A stretch of 64,000 nucleotides of DNA from Nitrososphaeria archaeon (GCA_029775915.1 JARVKA010000005.1:7162-71161); one strand, 5' to 3'. Shown: positions 9,850 to 20,145, numbered from the stretch's first letter. Notes: generated from the sequence alone by a model not told the origin. Numbers and translations are program-made.

Positions 9850-10437
9850 ATGAGCTTTGATAAAATTTATGAAAAAGCGTATAACTTTTCAAAAGAGTCT
9901 TTAAAAAATGAGAAAGTATCAAATTTAGATCATACATTAAGGGTATTGAAATGGTGTGAGCGCATAGGTATGGAGGAAAAAGCAGATCTCGAGGTTTTAA
10001 GGCTTGCAGCCATTTTACATGATGTGGCAGTACCTAAAGTGGGTAGAAAGAAGCATTGTGAAGAAAGTGCAAAAATGGCTAAGAATCTTTTAGCAGAGGA
10101 TCTTCCTAAAGATAAATTAGAGAAAATAATTGGAGCTATATCTACACATAGTAAGTTTGTGAATGGAGAGCCTAAAACAAAGGAAGCTAAGATACTTTAT
10201 GATGCAGACCTCTTGGATTGTATAGGAGCTATAGGCATAGTGAGAGCAGTATTAAGAGCTATTTCTGATGGGGCTAGTGGTAATTTAGATGAAATGTTGG
10301 ATGTATTAAAAAATGTGCAAAAAACTTTTAGTAGCAAACTCCATTTTGATAGTGCTAAAAAAATAGGAGAAGAGAGGTTAAAATTCTTAGAGGGATTTAT
10401 AAAAGAATTAGAGATGGAGTTAAAAGGAGAAAAATAA
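9850..10437 (+). CDS. HD-domain phosphohydrolase
   Basis: DHTLRV, AAILHD, ILYDADLLDCIGAIGI.R. Confidence 0.85.
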   Translation: MSFDKIYEKAYNFSKESLKNEKVSNLDHTLRVLKWCERIGMEEKADLEVLRLAAILHDVAVPKVGRKKHCEESAKMAKNLLAEDLPKDKLEKIIGAISTHSKFVNGEPKTKEAKILYDADLLDCIGAIGIVRAVLRAISDGASGNLDEMLDVLKNVQKTFSSKLHFDSAKKIGEERLKFLEGFIKELEMELKGEK

Positions 10438-10493
10438 AGTTTAGATGTAAAGAATATGATTAGAATTTATCTTAGAACTATTAAAACTATTTA

Positions 10494-12116
10494 TCAAGAT
10501 TGAGCTTTAGTTTTTGATGATTCTTCTTCTCTAGTTGCAAAGATAATATCATCAATTTTTAAAATTAATGTAGCTGCTTCAATAGCCGATTTAATAATCT
10601 GCTCCTTTACTTTAACTGGTTCAAACACATCCTTCACATACATATCACATACCTTTCCCTCAAATACATCAATCCCATACCACTTATTCCCTTTAGCATG
10701 TTGCAAATTAAGCTCAACTTGTATATCGATAGGATTTAATCCTGAATTCTCCGCTAATGTTAGTGGGATTGTTTCCAATGCTTCAGCAAATTTTTGCACA
10801 ACCAATTGCTCTTTACCGGAAAGCGTATTGGACCACTTTCGAATTCTTTGAGCAATATGTGCTTCTGATGCTCCTCCACCAGCCACTATAAACGGTTTCT
10901 CTATAACATTTTTTACCGCTATTAATGCATCATGTATAGCTCGTTCTACCTCATCAATTACACGATCTGATCCTCCTCTAATTAAAATGCTTACAGCTTT
11001 TGGATTTTTACATCCTTCCACAAATATCAACTTATCATTCCCAACTTTTCGCTCTTCAATTAATTCAGCAAATCCTAAATCTTCATTTTTTAATTCATCC
11101 AAATCCGTCACAACTCTACCACCAGTAGCTTTTGCTAATTTAACCATATCACTATCCTTAACACTTTTCACAGCTAATATCCCAGATTTAACCATGAAAT
11201 GTTGAATAAGATTATCAATATCTTTTTGGCAAATAACTACATTTGCACCAGTTGATAAAATTTTATCAAACATTCTTTTTAATATTTCAACTTTCTCATT
11301 TAAAAATCGCTTCATTTGATTAGGATCATTAATTCTAATTTCAGTACTAATCGCAGTTCTTTCTATTTCTAAAGCTGAGTTAATTAAAGCGATTTTAGCA
11401 TTCTTAATGCATTTAGGCATATTTGGATGAGCCACTTCTTTACTCAAAATAATACCATTTATAAGCTTGGTATCTTTGAGAGAATCACCAACTTTCTTTT
11501 CAATTTTAACATTATCAATCTCAACTTTATAATCAGCATTAATCTTTTCACTAACCCTTAATAATGCATTTACCACTAACTCTGCTAACTCATATGCATC
11601 TCTTCCAACCAATTTAGTAAGCATGACAGTAGCAGCAATTTTATTAAGCCGAGTTCGATCATTCACATTAATTCTCTCAGCAATTTCATTCAATATCTCC
11701 AATGCTTTATCCGCTGCAATTTTATAACCATCAGCGATTATAGTTGGGTGTATATCTTTATCTATCAACTTTTCAGCTTTATCTAATAAAGCTCCAGCCA
11801 AGATTACAGCCGATGTAGTCCCATCACCAACTTCACTATCCGTAGTTCTAGCTATCTCTACCAATATTTTTGCAACTGGATGCTTTACATTAATCTCCTT
11901 AAGAATTGTAGCACCATCATTTGTAATTAGAATATCACCAAAACTCGTGATTAACATTTTATCCATACCACGAGGGCCAAGAGATGATTTCACTAACTCT
12001 TTAACTAACTTTGCAGCCATAATATTGTTCCTTTGAGCTTGCTTACTACGGCTCTCATACGTGCCCTTCTTTAAAATAAAAGTTGGTTGAATACCATTTA
12101 CAACTTTTGGTATCAT
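10494..12116 (-). CDS. Group II chaperonin (thermosome) subunit; probable start ATG 12116
   Basis: SLGPRGMDKM, TNDGATIL, VGDGTTS, IHDAL, AGGGASE, KIDD; no GGM tail. Confidence 0.93.
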   Translation of the reverse strand: MIPKVVNGIQPTFILKKGTYESRSKQAQRNNIMAAKLVKELVKSSLGPRGMDKMLITSFGDILITNDGATILKEINVKHPVAKILVEIARTTDSEVGDGTTSAVILAGALLDKAEKLIDKDIHPTIIADGYKIAADKALEILNEIAERINVNDRTRLNKIAATVMLTKLVGRDAYELAELVVNALLRVSEKINADYKVEIDNVKIEKKVGDSLKDTKLINGIILSKEVAHPNMPKCIKNAKIALINSALEIERTAISTEIRINDPNQMKRFLNEKVEILKRMFDKILSTGANVVICQKDIDNLIQHFMVKSGILAVKSVKDSDMVKLAKATGGRVVTDLDELKNEDLGFAELIEERKVGNDKLIFVEGCKNPKAVSILIRGGSDRVIDEVERAIHDALIAVKNVIEKPFIVAGGGASEAHIAQRIRKWSNTLSGKEQLVVQKFAEALETIPLTLAENSGLNPIDIQVELNLQHAKGNKWYGIDVFEGKVCDMYVKDVFEPVKVKEQIIKSAIEAATLILKIDDIIFATREEESSKTKAQS

Positions 12117-12185
12117 TATTCCTAAAATATACAAAATTAAAATTATGGTATTTTATCTTTTACTTTGGCTTGTAATCACATAAAG

Positions 12186-12291
12186 GATACTGTCAAGTTA
12201 TGTTTTAAGGGTTTTTGAAGGACCGCTTGATGAAAAATCACCTCCAAAAGCAGCTTCTCAAAGCTCCCATAAAACATAACTTGACAGTATC
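12186..12291. mobile_element. 106-bp MITE, IS6-family-like, with 22-bp perfect TIRs and 8-bp target-site duplication
   Basis: Left GATACTGTCAAGTTATGTTTTA (12186-12207) is the reverse complement of TAAAACATAACTTGACAGTATC (12270-12291); ACATAAAG flanks both sides (12178-12185 and 12292-12299). Confidence 0.9.
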
Positions 12292-12337
12292 ACATAAAGA
12301 GAGCAATATTAAAAAGAAGATTAATTAAGATAACTGG

Positions 12338-13459
12338 CTATAAAGCCCATCGCTGAATTAAGTGATTAAGCCTTTTAAAAGCAGAGATTTTCTCCTCTCT
12401 CCTTACATCTGAAGAATCTACCAACTCTTTTAGAAATTGTATACTTTCATCCATACTCTTTCTATTCACAGGAAATGGGACGCCATCCTTACCACCATAA
12501 GCAAAGCTAAATTTTACTGGATCACGCCAACATGCTTTTTTCCCATAAATTAACTCAGATACTAAAGCCAATGCTCTAATAGTAGCTGGGCCCACACCCT
12601 TAAATGCTAGAAGTTCCTCATAATTGGTTGGTTGATAATCGTATAATTTTTTAAATAAATCCCAATTGAGATTTTTAGGCATTATGAATGCTTCATACTT
12701 ATCAGATAAATAAGATTCATCACTTAACCATTTATCAAGACTCGATTTATTAACACTTAACTTTTTAATAGATGATATAAGATTTTGTGGATTTCCTTTA
12801 ACCAAATCTACACATAATTTACGATTCTCCTCAGCCTCCTTAGCTGTCATATTCAAAACCATTGGTTTTACACAATCACCCACTATAGCATCGTGAGGTT
12901 CAACAATAAAATTATCGATATGTTTTGAGAGCCAATGATACCTCCTTGCCGTTTTATCAACTTCACATAAACCTTGTTGAATTAAAGCCCAATCTCCAGT
13001 TTCAGATATAAAGAATGCATGATGATAAATTGGGTATCCAGCTTGTATGGCTGAAGTATCAACTTTAGCACACATTCTACTCGCATACTTTAATCGCTCT
13101 ATTTTATTTGAAGAAAGTCCAAGATAATCACCAATTTTATCAATTTCATTAGGAGTATTTTTAGATGCACGACCTTTACCACCAGCCATCATAACACCAT
13201 GCTTCTCAAAAGTTAAAACATCCTTTAACACTCCAGTTACTACCGTAGTTAAGCCTGATGAGTGCCAATCGAAACCGAGTATACAACCAAAAGCTTGGAA
13301 CCAATATGGGTCTGAAATGCGTAAAAGAAATTCATTTGGACCATACTCTTCATTCATTATTCGAATAATTTCATTAGCTAAGCGCTTCATGCGTGAAATA
13401 AGCCATTTTGGCGCATGTCCATAATGTAAAGGGAGAATAACGCAACCGCTCTTTCTCAA
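12338..13459 (-). CDS. DUF763 family protein
   Basis: LPLH.G.AP.WL..RM, DP.WFQAFGC.LG.DWHSSGLTT, KVD, HhH-like GVGPATIRALAL, DP.KFSFA.GGKDG.PFPV. Confidence 0.88.
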   Translation of the reverse strand: MRKSGCVILPLHYGHAPKWLISRMKRLANEIIRIMNEEYGPNEFLLRISDPYWFQAFGCILGFDWHSSGLTTVVTGVLKDVLTFEKHGVMMAGGKGRASKNTPNEIDKIGDYLGLSSNKIERLKYASRMCAKVDTSAIQAGYPIYHHAFFISETGDWALIQQGLCEVDKTARRYHWLSKHIDNFIVEPHDAIVGDCVKPMVLNMTAKEAEENRKLCVDLVKGNPQNLISSIKKLSVNKSSLDKWLSDESYLSDKYEAFIMPKNLNWDLFKKLYDYQPTNYEELLAFKGVGPATIRALALVSELIYGKKACWRDPVKFSFAYGGKDGVPFPVNRKSMDESIQFLKELVDSSDVRREEKISAFKRLNHLIQRWAL

Positions 13460-13682
13460 TGCTCTCTGAAAAATATAGTAGGGAGGTTATATTTAACTTA
13501 AAGCCCCATTGGAAAGCATGTATATTCATTTTATCAAATTACCAATTTTAAATTGATAAAATGAAATGATAATACCATCTTTCTTATTAATGTTTAATGG
13601 TAATCACAAATTTTGGAAAATTTTAAAAATTGGTAATTAAATTAGGATTATATGTATTACCATAAGGAGAGGTGTATGAAGC

Positions 13683-13958
13683 TTGTCATCAAAAAAGCGA
13701 AAGGAAAATTTGGAAAAACTTGCGCGCGCTATTAACACTCTTCAAACCATTGTAGATAATGTGAATGTACCGAGGAATATTAGAAAGATTGTTAAAGAGT
13801 CTATAACAATGCTTCAAGATGAAAAGTTAAGTCCAGCAGTTCGAGCAGCTAATGTTATTAGTATGCTTGATGAAATTTCACAAGATCCCAATATGCCATC
13901 ATTCACGCGTGTAACACTTTGGTCAGCGGTATCAACATTAGAAGGTATTAAGGAGTGA
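13683..13958 (+). CDS. UPF0147 family archaeal protein
   Basis: VPRNIR, VRAAN.IS.LDEISQDPNMP..TR..LW..VS.LE. Confidence 0.9.
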   Translation: MSSKKRKENLEKLARAINTLQTIVDNVNVPRNIRKIVKESITMLQDEKLSPAVRAANVISMLDEISQDPNMPSFTRVTLWSAVSTLEGIKE

Positions 13959-14040
13959 GTTAAAATAAATATCTTTTTTCTTTATAGTTCTATAAACTTT
14001 TCATAGAATATTTTAATAAAGTATTAATTCTATAAATAAA

Positions 14041-14946
14041 GTGATGAGAGCTGAAGCTTTCTCACCAGCACATATAACTGGCTTTTTTGAAATTTGTGAT
14101 AATCAAGCAAACCCTTTATATATTGGTTCTAAAGGTGCTGGTTTTAGTATTATTCAAGGTGTTACTACAAAAGTAAGTATTGAACCTTATCACAAACCTT
14201 CTTTTGAGATAAGAATAAATGGATATCCAACTCAATCTGCATGTGTATCAGAGAGAGTATTAAAATTATTCTTAAAGCTTGTAAAAAGGAATTACCAAAT
14301 AATTGTAGATCATAATATTAATATTCCGATTGGAGGGGGTTTTGGTTCGAGTGGTGCTGGTAGTTTGAGCTTATCTTTAGCTTTAAATGAAGCTTTAGGT
14401 TTAGGATTATCAAAGATTGAAGTTGCACAAATTGCTCATATAGCAGAAGTAGAGTGTAAAACTGGTTTAGGAACTGTTATTGCAGAAATGTATGGTGGAT
14501 TTGAATTAAGGTTGAAGCCTGGAGCACCAGGTGTTGGAGAATTAAAAAAAATTCCTGTAAATGGTGATTACTCGATTTTATGCCTCAATTTTGGACCAAT
14601 TTCAACTAAAAGAGTTTTAACCGATCCAAATTATCGGGATAAGATAAATGGTATGGGAGGAAAATTACTTAACGAATTGTTATCACATCAATCGATTGAA
14701 AACTTTCTTAAACTTTCTCGCCAATTTACAAATTATTTGAATATAATGACCGATAGGGTGAGAAATGTTTTAAAAGATGCAGATAGTAGAGGCTTTACTT
14801 GTAGTATGATGATGTTTGGTGAAGGAGTTTTCTCAATCGTAAAGAATGATGCAAAGGATTTAATGAAAATCCTCCATAAGTATTCGAGTATGGGTGGTAA
14901 AGTGATTTTAACAAAGATTGATTGTGATGGTGCGAGAGTTTTATGA
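14041..14946 (+). CDS. pok: Pantoate kinase (GHMP family)
   Basis: [41 protein letters not shown]; first gene of the pan cluster. Confidence 0.9.
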   Translation: MMRAEAFSPAHITGFFEICDNQANPLYIGSKGAGFSIIQGVTTKVSIEPYHKPSFEIRINGYPTQSACVSERVLKLFLKLVKRNYQIIVDHNINIPIGGGFGSSGAGSLSLSLALNEALGLGLSKIEVAQIAHIAEVECKTGLGTVIAEMYGGFELRLKPGAPGVGELKKIPVNGDYSILCLNFGPISTKRVLTDPNYRDKINGMGGKLLNELLSHQSIENFLKLSRQFTNYLNIMTDRVRNVLKDADSRGFTCSMMMFGEGVFSIVKNDAKDLMKILHKYSSMGGKVILTKIDCDGARVL

Positions 14947-15713
14947 ATGAATCTTTTATTCCAGAAAATCATCCAAGAGCAGAATCTTTAAAGATTCGTG
15001 AAAAATTGGTTAAGTATTTTAAAATTGGAGTGGTAGTTCCTGAAGGATTAATTGCACATGGGCGGGGAGAGGCTTTCGATTATATACTTGGTGAAAAAAC
15101 TATAACTCCAGCTCTTGATGCAATTAAAGCAGCAGCTGCTACTCTTTTACTCGCTAATTATCCAGTTATTTCTGTGAATGGTAATGTAGCTGCATTAGTT
15201 GCTAATGAAATAGTAAATTTAGCTAAAATTACTAATAGCAAGATTGAAGTGAATTTATTCAATAGAACACTTGAGAGAGAGATTATTATTCAAAAGGTTT
15301 TGAAAGAAGCTGGTGCTGAGGAAGTTTTAGGTGTTGGTAATAATGCATCTGCAAAAATACCAGAGTTAAGTAGTGAGCGAAGAAGAGTTGATCCTAATGG
15401 TATTTTAAAGGCTGATGTTGTTCTTGTACCTTTAGAGGATGGTGATCGTACTGAAGCTTTAGTTAAGATGGGAAAGATTGTTATAGCTATAGATTTAAAC
15501 CCACTCTCACGCACATCTAAAAGTGCTAATATCACTATAGTGGATAATGTGGTTAGAGCTATACCAAAATTAATAGATGAAGTTTCTAAACTTCGCTTTG
15601 AAAGTAAAGAAAAGCTTCAACAAATTGTTAAAAACTTTGATAATAAAAAGAATCTCAATTTATGTATTGGGAGGATTATTGAATATCTCTCAAATCAAGC
15701 AAAAGTGGTATGA
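14943..15713 (+). CDS. pps: 4-phosphopantoate--beta-alanine ligase (phosphopantothenate synthetase)
   Basis: [41 protein letters not shown]. Confidence 0.95.
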   Translation: MNESFIPENHPRAESLKIREKLVKYFKIGVVVPEGLIAHGRGEAFDYILGEKTITPALDAIKAAAATLLLANYPVISVNGNVAALVANEIVNLAKITNSKIEVNLFNRTLEREIIIQKVLKEAGAEEVLGVGNNASAKIPELSSERRRVDPNGILKADVVLVPLEDGDRTEALVKMGKIVIAIDLNPLSRTSKSANITIVDNVVRAIPKLIDEVSKLRFESKEKLQQIVKNFDNKKNLNLCIGRIIEYLSNQAKVV

Positions 15714-15714
15714 A

Positions 15715-16581
15715 ATGGAATCATCGATTGTAAAAAAGGTTACAACTTTAAGTTTATTAAAAATGAAAGAAGAGAAGAAAAAAATCGTTATGATTACCGC
15801 TTACGATTATCCAACTGGATTGTTAGCAGATAAAGCTGGTGTGGACGTTGTTTTAGTTGGAGATTCTTTAGGCATGGTAGTATTGGGTTATGAGAACACG
15901 TTACCAGTTACTATGGATGAAATGCTAACCTTTTGTAAAGCAGTTTCGAGAGGTGTAAAAAGGGCTTTTATTGTGGCTGATATGCCATTTATGTCTTATC
16001 AAGTGAGTAAAGAAGAGGCTATTCGAAATGCTGGAAGATTAATAAAGGAAGGTGGTGCGGATGGTGTGAAATTAGAGGGTGGTATAGAGATTAAGGATAC
16101 AGTTGAAGCGATTGTTCAAGCTGGTATACCAGTAATGGGGCATATAGGTTTTACACCCCAAAGTGTTCATAAATTGGGTGGTTATAAAGCACAAGGAAGG
16201 AGTTGTGATGAAGCATTAAAAATTATAAGGGATGCTCAAGCATTGGTAGATGCTGGAGTTTTTTCAATTGTGTTAGAATTTATGATGAGTGAAGTGGCTG
16301 AATTAATTACTCGTAAAGTAAAGGTACCTACAATCGGCATTGGGGCTGGTCAATATTGTGATGGTCAAGTCTTAGTTATTCATGATGCTTTAGGGCTTTA
16401 CGATCGGGTTACACCAAGGTTTGTTAAGCAATATGTTAAGCTCTCTGAGATTATACTCGATGCTTTACAAAAGTATAGTAATGAAGTGAGATCCGGAATC
16501 TTTCCTGAAGATAAACATACATTCCACATGAGTGAAGAAGAGTATAAAAAGCTTCTGGAAGCTTTGGGGGATGATAGATGA
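15715..16581 (+). CDS. panB: Ketopantoate hydroxymethyltransferase (start MESSIVKK at 15715)
   Basis: MITAYDY, LVGDSLGM, ADMPF, VKLEGG, MGHIG.TPQ, IGIGAG, DGQVLV.HD. Confidence 0.95.
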   Translation: MESSIVKKVTTLSLLKMKEEKKKIVMITAYDYPTGLLADKAGVDVVLVGDSLGMVVLGYENTLPVTMDEMLTFCKAVSRGVKRAFIVADMPFMSYQVSKEEAIRNAGRLIKEGGADGVKLEGGIEIKDTVEAIVQAGIPVMGHIGFTPQSVHKLGGYKAQGRSCDEALKIIRDAQALVDAGVFSIVLEFMMSEVAELITRKVKVPTIGIGAGQYCDGQVLVIHDALGLYDRVTPRFVKQYVKLSEIILDALQKYSNEVRSGIFPEDKHTFHMSEEEYKKLLEALGDDR

Positions 16582-17552
16582 GAATAGCTATTATTGGTGC
16601 TGGAGCTATTGGATGTTTATTTACTGCACTCTTTACTGAGGGTGGTGAAGACGTAATTTTAATAGATAGAAAGGCTGAGAGAGCAAGATTGATTCATGAA
16701 AGAGGTTTAAAGATTAGTGGGGTGAGTGGTGAAAGAATTATTCGAGTGAATATAGTAACTAACCCTTTATTGGCTGAGGAGTCGGATTTGATAATTATAG
16801 CGGTTAAATCTTATGATACAGATACCGCTGTGAATAGTATTTTACCAATAATCCATGAAAAAACTGCAATTTTGACTTTGCAAAATGGTTTGGGGAATGT
16901 GGAAAAGATTGTGAGTAAAGTAGGTGTAAAGTATGTTTTAGCTGGTGTAACTACTCAAGCATCTACCTTAATTAACTATGGTGAGATTTATCATGCAGCT
17001 CGAGGATTAACGATAATTGGCGAGTTAAATGGCATTATTACGGAGAGGGTTCGGAATATTGTGAATAAATTTAACCAATCCGATATTGAGGCAAAAGCAA
17101 GTTCCAACATTTATGGAGCTATATGGGAAAAAGTATTGGTGAATATAGGGATAAATGCTTTATCAGCAATTACTGGTATGAGAAATGGTGAATTATTAAA
17201 TATACCGGAGATTAAGGAGATAATGATTGAAGCGGTGAAAGAAGGGTTAAGAGTGGCAAAAGCCATAGGGGTTAAATTGGAAAATGATGATCCTGTAAGA
17301 GTTATGTTAAATGTAGCGGAGATAACGAGATTGAATAAATCATCAATGTTACAAGATATTGAGAGGGGCTCTAAAACTGAGATCGATTCGCTAAATGGAG
17401 CTATTGTGAAGTTAGGAAGTATTTATGGCATACCCACACCAATTAATAAAGCCTTAACCGATATGGTGAAAGGTTTGGAGAAAGGTGTAAAGTTTGATAA
17501 GCAAGAATTACTTAATTCATTAATTAAGATCGCATCTATAATAAATAGATAA
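16578..17552 (+). CDS. panE: 2-dehydropantoate 2-reductase
   Basis: GAGAIG, AVKSYD, LQNGLG, WEK..VN..IN, SSMLQD, TEIDSLNG. Confidence 0.93.
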   Translation: MRIAIIGAGAIGCLFTALFTEGGEDVILIDRKAERARLIHERGLKISGVSGERIIRVNIVTNPLLAEESDLIIIAVKSYDTDTAVNSILPIIHEKTAILTLQNGLGNVEKIVSKVGVKYVLAGVTTQASTLINYGEIYHAARGLTIIGELNGIITERVRNIVNKFNQSDIEAKASSNIYGAIWEKVLVNIGINALSAITGMRNGELLNIPEIKEIMIEAVKEGLRVAKAIGVKLENDDPVRVMLNVAEITRLNKSSMLQDIERGSKTEIDSLNGAIVKLGSIYGIPTPINKALTDMVKGLEKGVKFDKQELLNSLIKIASIINR

Positions 17553-17590
17553 AAATTAATTATTAAGAAAAAAGAAATACTATAAATTGA

Positions 17591-18133
17591 TTGAAATTGA
17601 TACTTAATAAGATTGAGTTACATGGAATAATAATTAGTGTTATGAAGGGAGATATTACTCAATTGAATGTGGATGCGATTGTAAATCCTGCTAATACTCT
17701 CTTATTAATGGGTGGAGGGGTGGCTGGAGCTATTAAAAGAGCTGGTGGTAATATAATTGAAGAAGAGGCTGTGAAAAAAGGTCCTATACCCATTGGTGAG
17801 GCTATAGCTACAACCGCTGGTAAGTTAAAAGCAAAGTATGTTATACATGCACCAACAATGGAAGCTCCAGCTCAAATTACCAATGTTGAAAATGTGTACT
17901 CTGCCACAAGAGCGGCGTTAAAATGTGCAAAAGAGTTAAGGATTCAAAGTATAGCTATACCGGGCATGGGTACTGGTGTGGGAAGGGTTAAACCAAAGGA
18001 TGCTGCAAAATCGATTATAAAAGCGGTAAAGGAGCATATTTGCTTGGGAATTGAATTGAAAAATATCATTTTGATCGATATCAATGATGAGATAGTGAAG
18101 AGCTTTCAAGAAGCTATTAAAGAATTAATTTAG
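17591..18133 (+). CDS. Macro domain (ADP-ribose-binding/hydrolase, AF1521/YmdB-like)
   Basis: GDIT, DAIVNPAN..L.MGGGVAGAI, VIHAPTM, PGMGTGVG. Confidence 0.92.
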   Translation: MKLILNKIELHGIIISVMKGDITQLNVDAIVNPANTLLLMGGGVAGAIKRAGGNIIEEEAVKKGPIPIGEAIATTAGKLKAKYVIHAPTMEAPAQITNVENVYSATRAALKCAKELRIQSIAIPGMGTGVGRVKPKDAAKSIIKAVKEHICLGIELKNIILIDINDEIVKSFQEAIKELI

Positions 18134-18278
18134 TTTGGGTTATTATCTTCTATATTGGTGTTAAATGTGATAAAAATTATTTTTTCTTTTGAAAATCCGA
18201 CACTGAATGAAAGTTAAATTCAATATTTATTAATAAAACCATTTATATGTTAACTCCTATTTAAAATGTTGAGGAGAG

Positions 18279-18797
18279 ATGGAATTTTTTGAGGTTATTA
18301 AAAAGAGAAGGAGTGTGCGAGCATTTAAGCCCGATCCTATAGATGATTCACAATTAAAGAAGATTTTGGAAGCGGCAAATTCAGCACCATCTGCTGGAAA
18401 TTTACAAGCTTATGAGATTTTCTTAATTAAAGATATGAAGAGAAAAAGGGGTTTGGTTAAAGCGGCTTTGTATCAAGATTTTATTGCAGAAGCGCCCATA
18501 GTTTTAGTCTTTTGTGCCAATCCTCTTCGTTCAGCTTCAAGGTATGGTCGAAGAGGTGCAGAGTTATATTCATTACAAGATGCTACGATTGCTGCTACTT
18601 TTGCTCAACTCGCAGCTACGGCCTTAGGATTGGCATCGGTATGGGTTGGCGCATTCGATGATGGTATGGTTTTACAAGAATTGGGCAATCCTCCTAACTT
18701 AAGGCCTATAGCGATCTTACCCATTGGATATGCAGCTGAGGAACCAGAGCCAACACCAAGAAGAAGTTTAAAGGATTTGGTACATATTCTTGAGTAA
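18279..18797 (+). CDS. Nitroreductase family flavoprotein
   Basis: IKKRRSVRAF, APSAGNLQ, LAATALGLAS.WVGAF, PIGY...TPRR. Confidence 0.9.
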   Translation: MEFFEVIKKRRSVRAFKPDPIDDSQLKKILEAANSAPSAGNLQAYEIFLIKDMKRKRGLVKAALYQDFIAEAPIVLVFCANPLRSASRYGRRGAELYSLQDATIAATFAQLAATALGLASVWVGAFDDGMVLQELGNPPNLRPIAILPIGYAAEEPEPTPRRSLKDLVHILE

Positions 18798-18990
18798 AAG
18801 AATATGTAAAATAAAAATTTTAAAAACATCTTAGTTTGGAAGAATGAGTGAAAGAATTGAAACAATATTTCAATAAATATTGACCTAAATTGTGTATAAT
18901 TACGATTGAAAAGAGGTTTTAAAGGAAATTTTTCTTTATCATCCTTTATTTTTTTTAAAGTTTATATAACTTGTTATGATAATTGATATT

Positions 18991-20142
18991 ATGCCTTCAG
19001 AAAGTAGATCCTCAGCTAAAGTGAGTAGGCGCGATTATTTGAAATATATTGGCTCATTTATCGCTGGTTTAATTATAGCTGGTGGTGGTGTTGCAGCTTA
19101 CTATGCCTCATTACCTCCAAAGGAGAGGATTGTAGAGAAGACTATTGAAAGAACGGTAACAGTTACCATTACCCCTACTCCTACACCCACTCCCACACCA
19201 ACACCTACTCCTACGCCCACACCTACACCAACGATCGAAAGATTTTCAATAGCTTCTGGAGGAATAGGTGGAGTTTACTTTTATTATGCTGCAGGTGTAG
19301 CTAGTATGATAACCAAGTATGCGGCTCCACTCGAAGCAACTCACATGGCTACAGCTGCAAGTGTTGCGAACTTAGGTATGATAAGGGACAAAGGACCAAG
19401 CTTTTTAGCTGAAGTCATGGCTGATGCAGCCTTTGATGCGTATAAAGGCTTAGGCGCTTTTAAAGATAAGCCCGTCCCAGTTCGCAATTTATGGGTGATG
19501 TACACAAACTACTGGCATGTAGTAACGACAAAAGCGACTGGTATTAAATCATATTATGACTTAAAGGGAAAGAGAGTTTCAACTGGTGCTCCAGCCAGCG
19601 GTACTGAATATAAAGCCTTTAGGATGTTAGAGGCTCATGGTATAAAGCCTGAAGATTTTAGCAAATGGGAGAGGCTTGGAGCTGCTGAATCTGCAGCTGC
19701 TTTGAAGGATGGAAAGATTGATGCTTATTGTTGGAGCGGAGGTCTTCCTACAGGCTCCGTAACTGATTTAGCCGTAGCCTTACAACTAAAGGGTGATAGT
19801 ATTTATCTCGTACCTTTTGTGGATGAGAAGGCTTTAAAGTATATTGATGAAAAATGGCCTGGACTTTACTATCCAGCCAAAATACCAAAGGGAACATACC
19901 CTGGGCTTATTGAAGATATACAAACAACAGCACTAGATAACCTATTCGTATGCCATGCAGACCTCTCTGAAGATGCTGCTTATAAAATAGTGAAAGCTGT
20001 TTTTGATAATATTAAGGACTTACATGCAGTTCATACGGCTGCAAAAGAAACAACTTTAGAGAAAGCTCCAACATCGAAAGCCATACCCTATCATCCAGGT
20101 GCGATAAAGTATTATAAAGAGAAGGGCGTCTGGAAAGACTAA
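18991..20142 (+). CDS. TAXI-family TRAP transporter solute-binding protein with Tat-like signal and Pro-Thr stalk
   Basis: SGGIGGVYF, SVANL, DLKGKRVSTGAP.SGTE, LKDGKIDA, IPYHPGA..YYKE; N-terminal SRRDYLK and (TP)10. Start 18991 lies about 30 bp after TTTATATA. Confidence 0.9.
   Translation: MPSESRSSAKVSRRDYLKYIGSFIAGLIIAGGGVAAYYASLPPKERIVEKTIERTVTVTITPTPTPTPTPTPTPTPTPTPTIERFSIASGGIGGVYFYYAAGVASMITKYAAPLEATHMATAASVANLGMIRDKGPSFLAEVMADAAFDAYKGLGAFKDKPVPVRNLWVMYTNYWHVVTTKATGIKSYYDLKGKRVSTGAPASGTEYKAFRMLEAHGIKPEDFSKWERLGAAESAAALKDGKIDAYCWSGGLPTGSVTDLAVALQLKGDSIYLVPFVDEKALKYIDEKWPGLYYPAKIPKGTYPGLIEDIQTTALDNLFVCHADLSEDAAYKIVKAVFDNIKDLHAVHTAAKETTLEKAPTSKAIPYHPGAIKYYKEKGVWKD
19171..19233 (+). repeat. 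(Thr-Pro)10 coding linker repeat
   Basis: ACNCCN hexamer units with varied third positions. Confidence 0.9.
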
Positions 20143-20145
20143 ATA

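Noticed and set aside
15577-15714. 46-aa N-terminal extension of PanB
   Set aside because: Overlaps pps by 137 bp; ATG 15715 directly after the pps stop is the likely start.
19171-19233. ACNCCN repeats as CRISPR or phase-variable VNTR
   Set aside because: In-frame Thr-Pro linker with synonymous codon variation.
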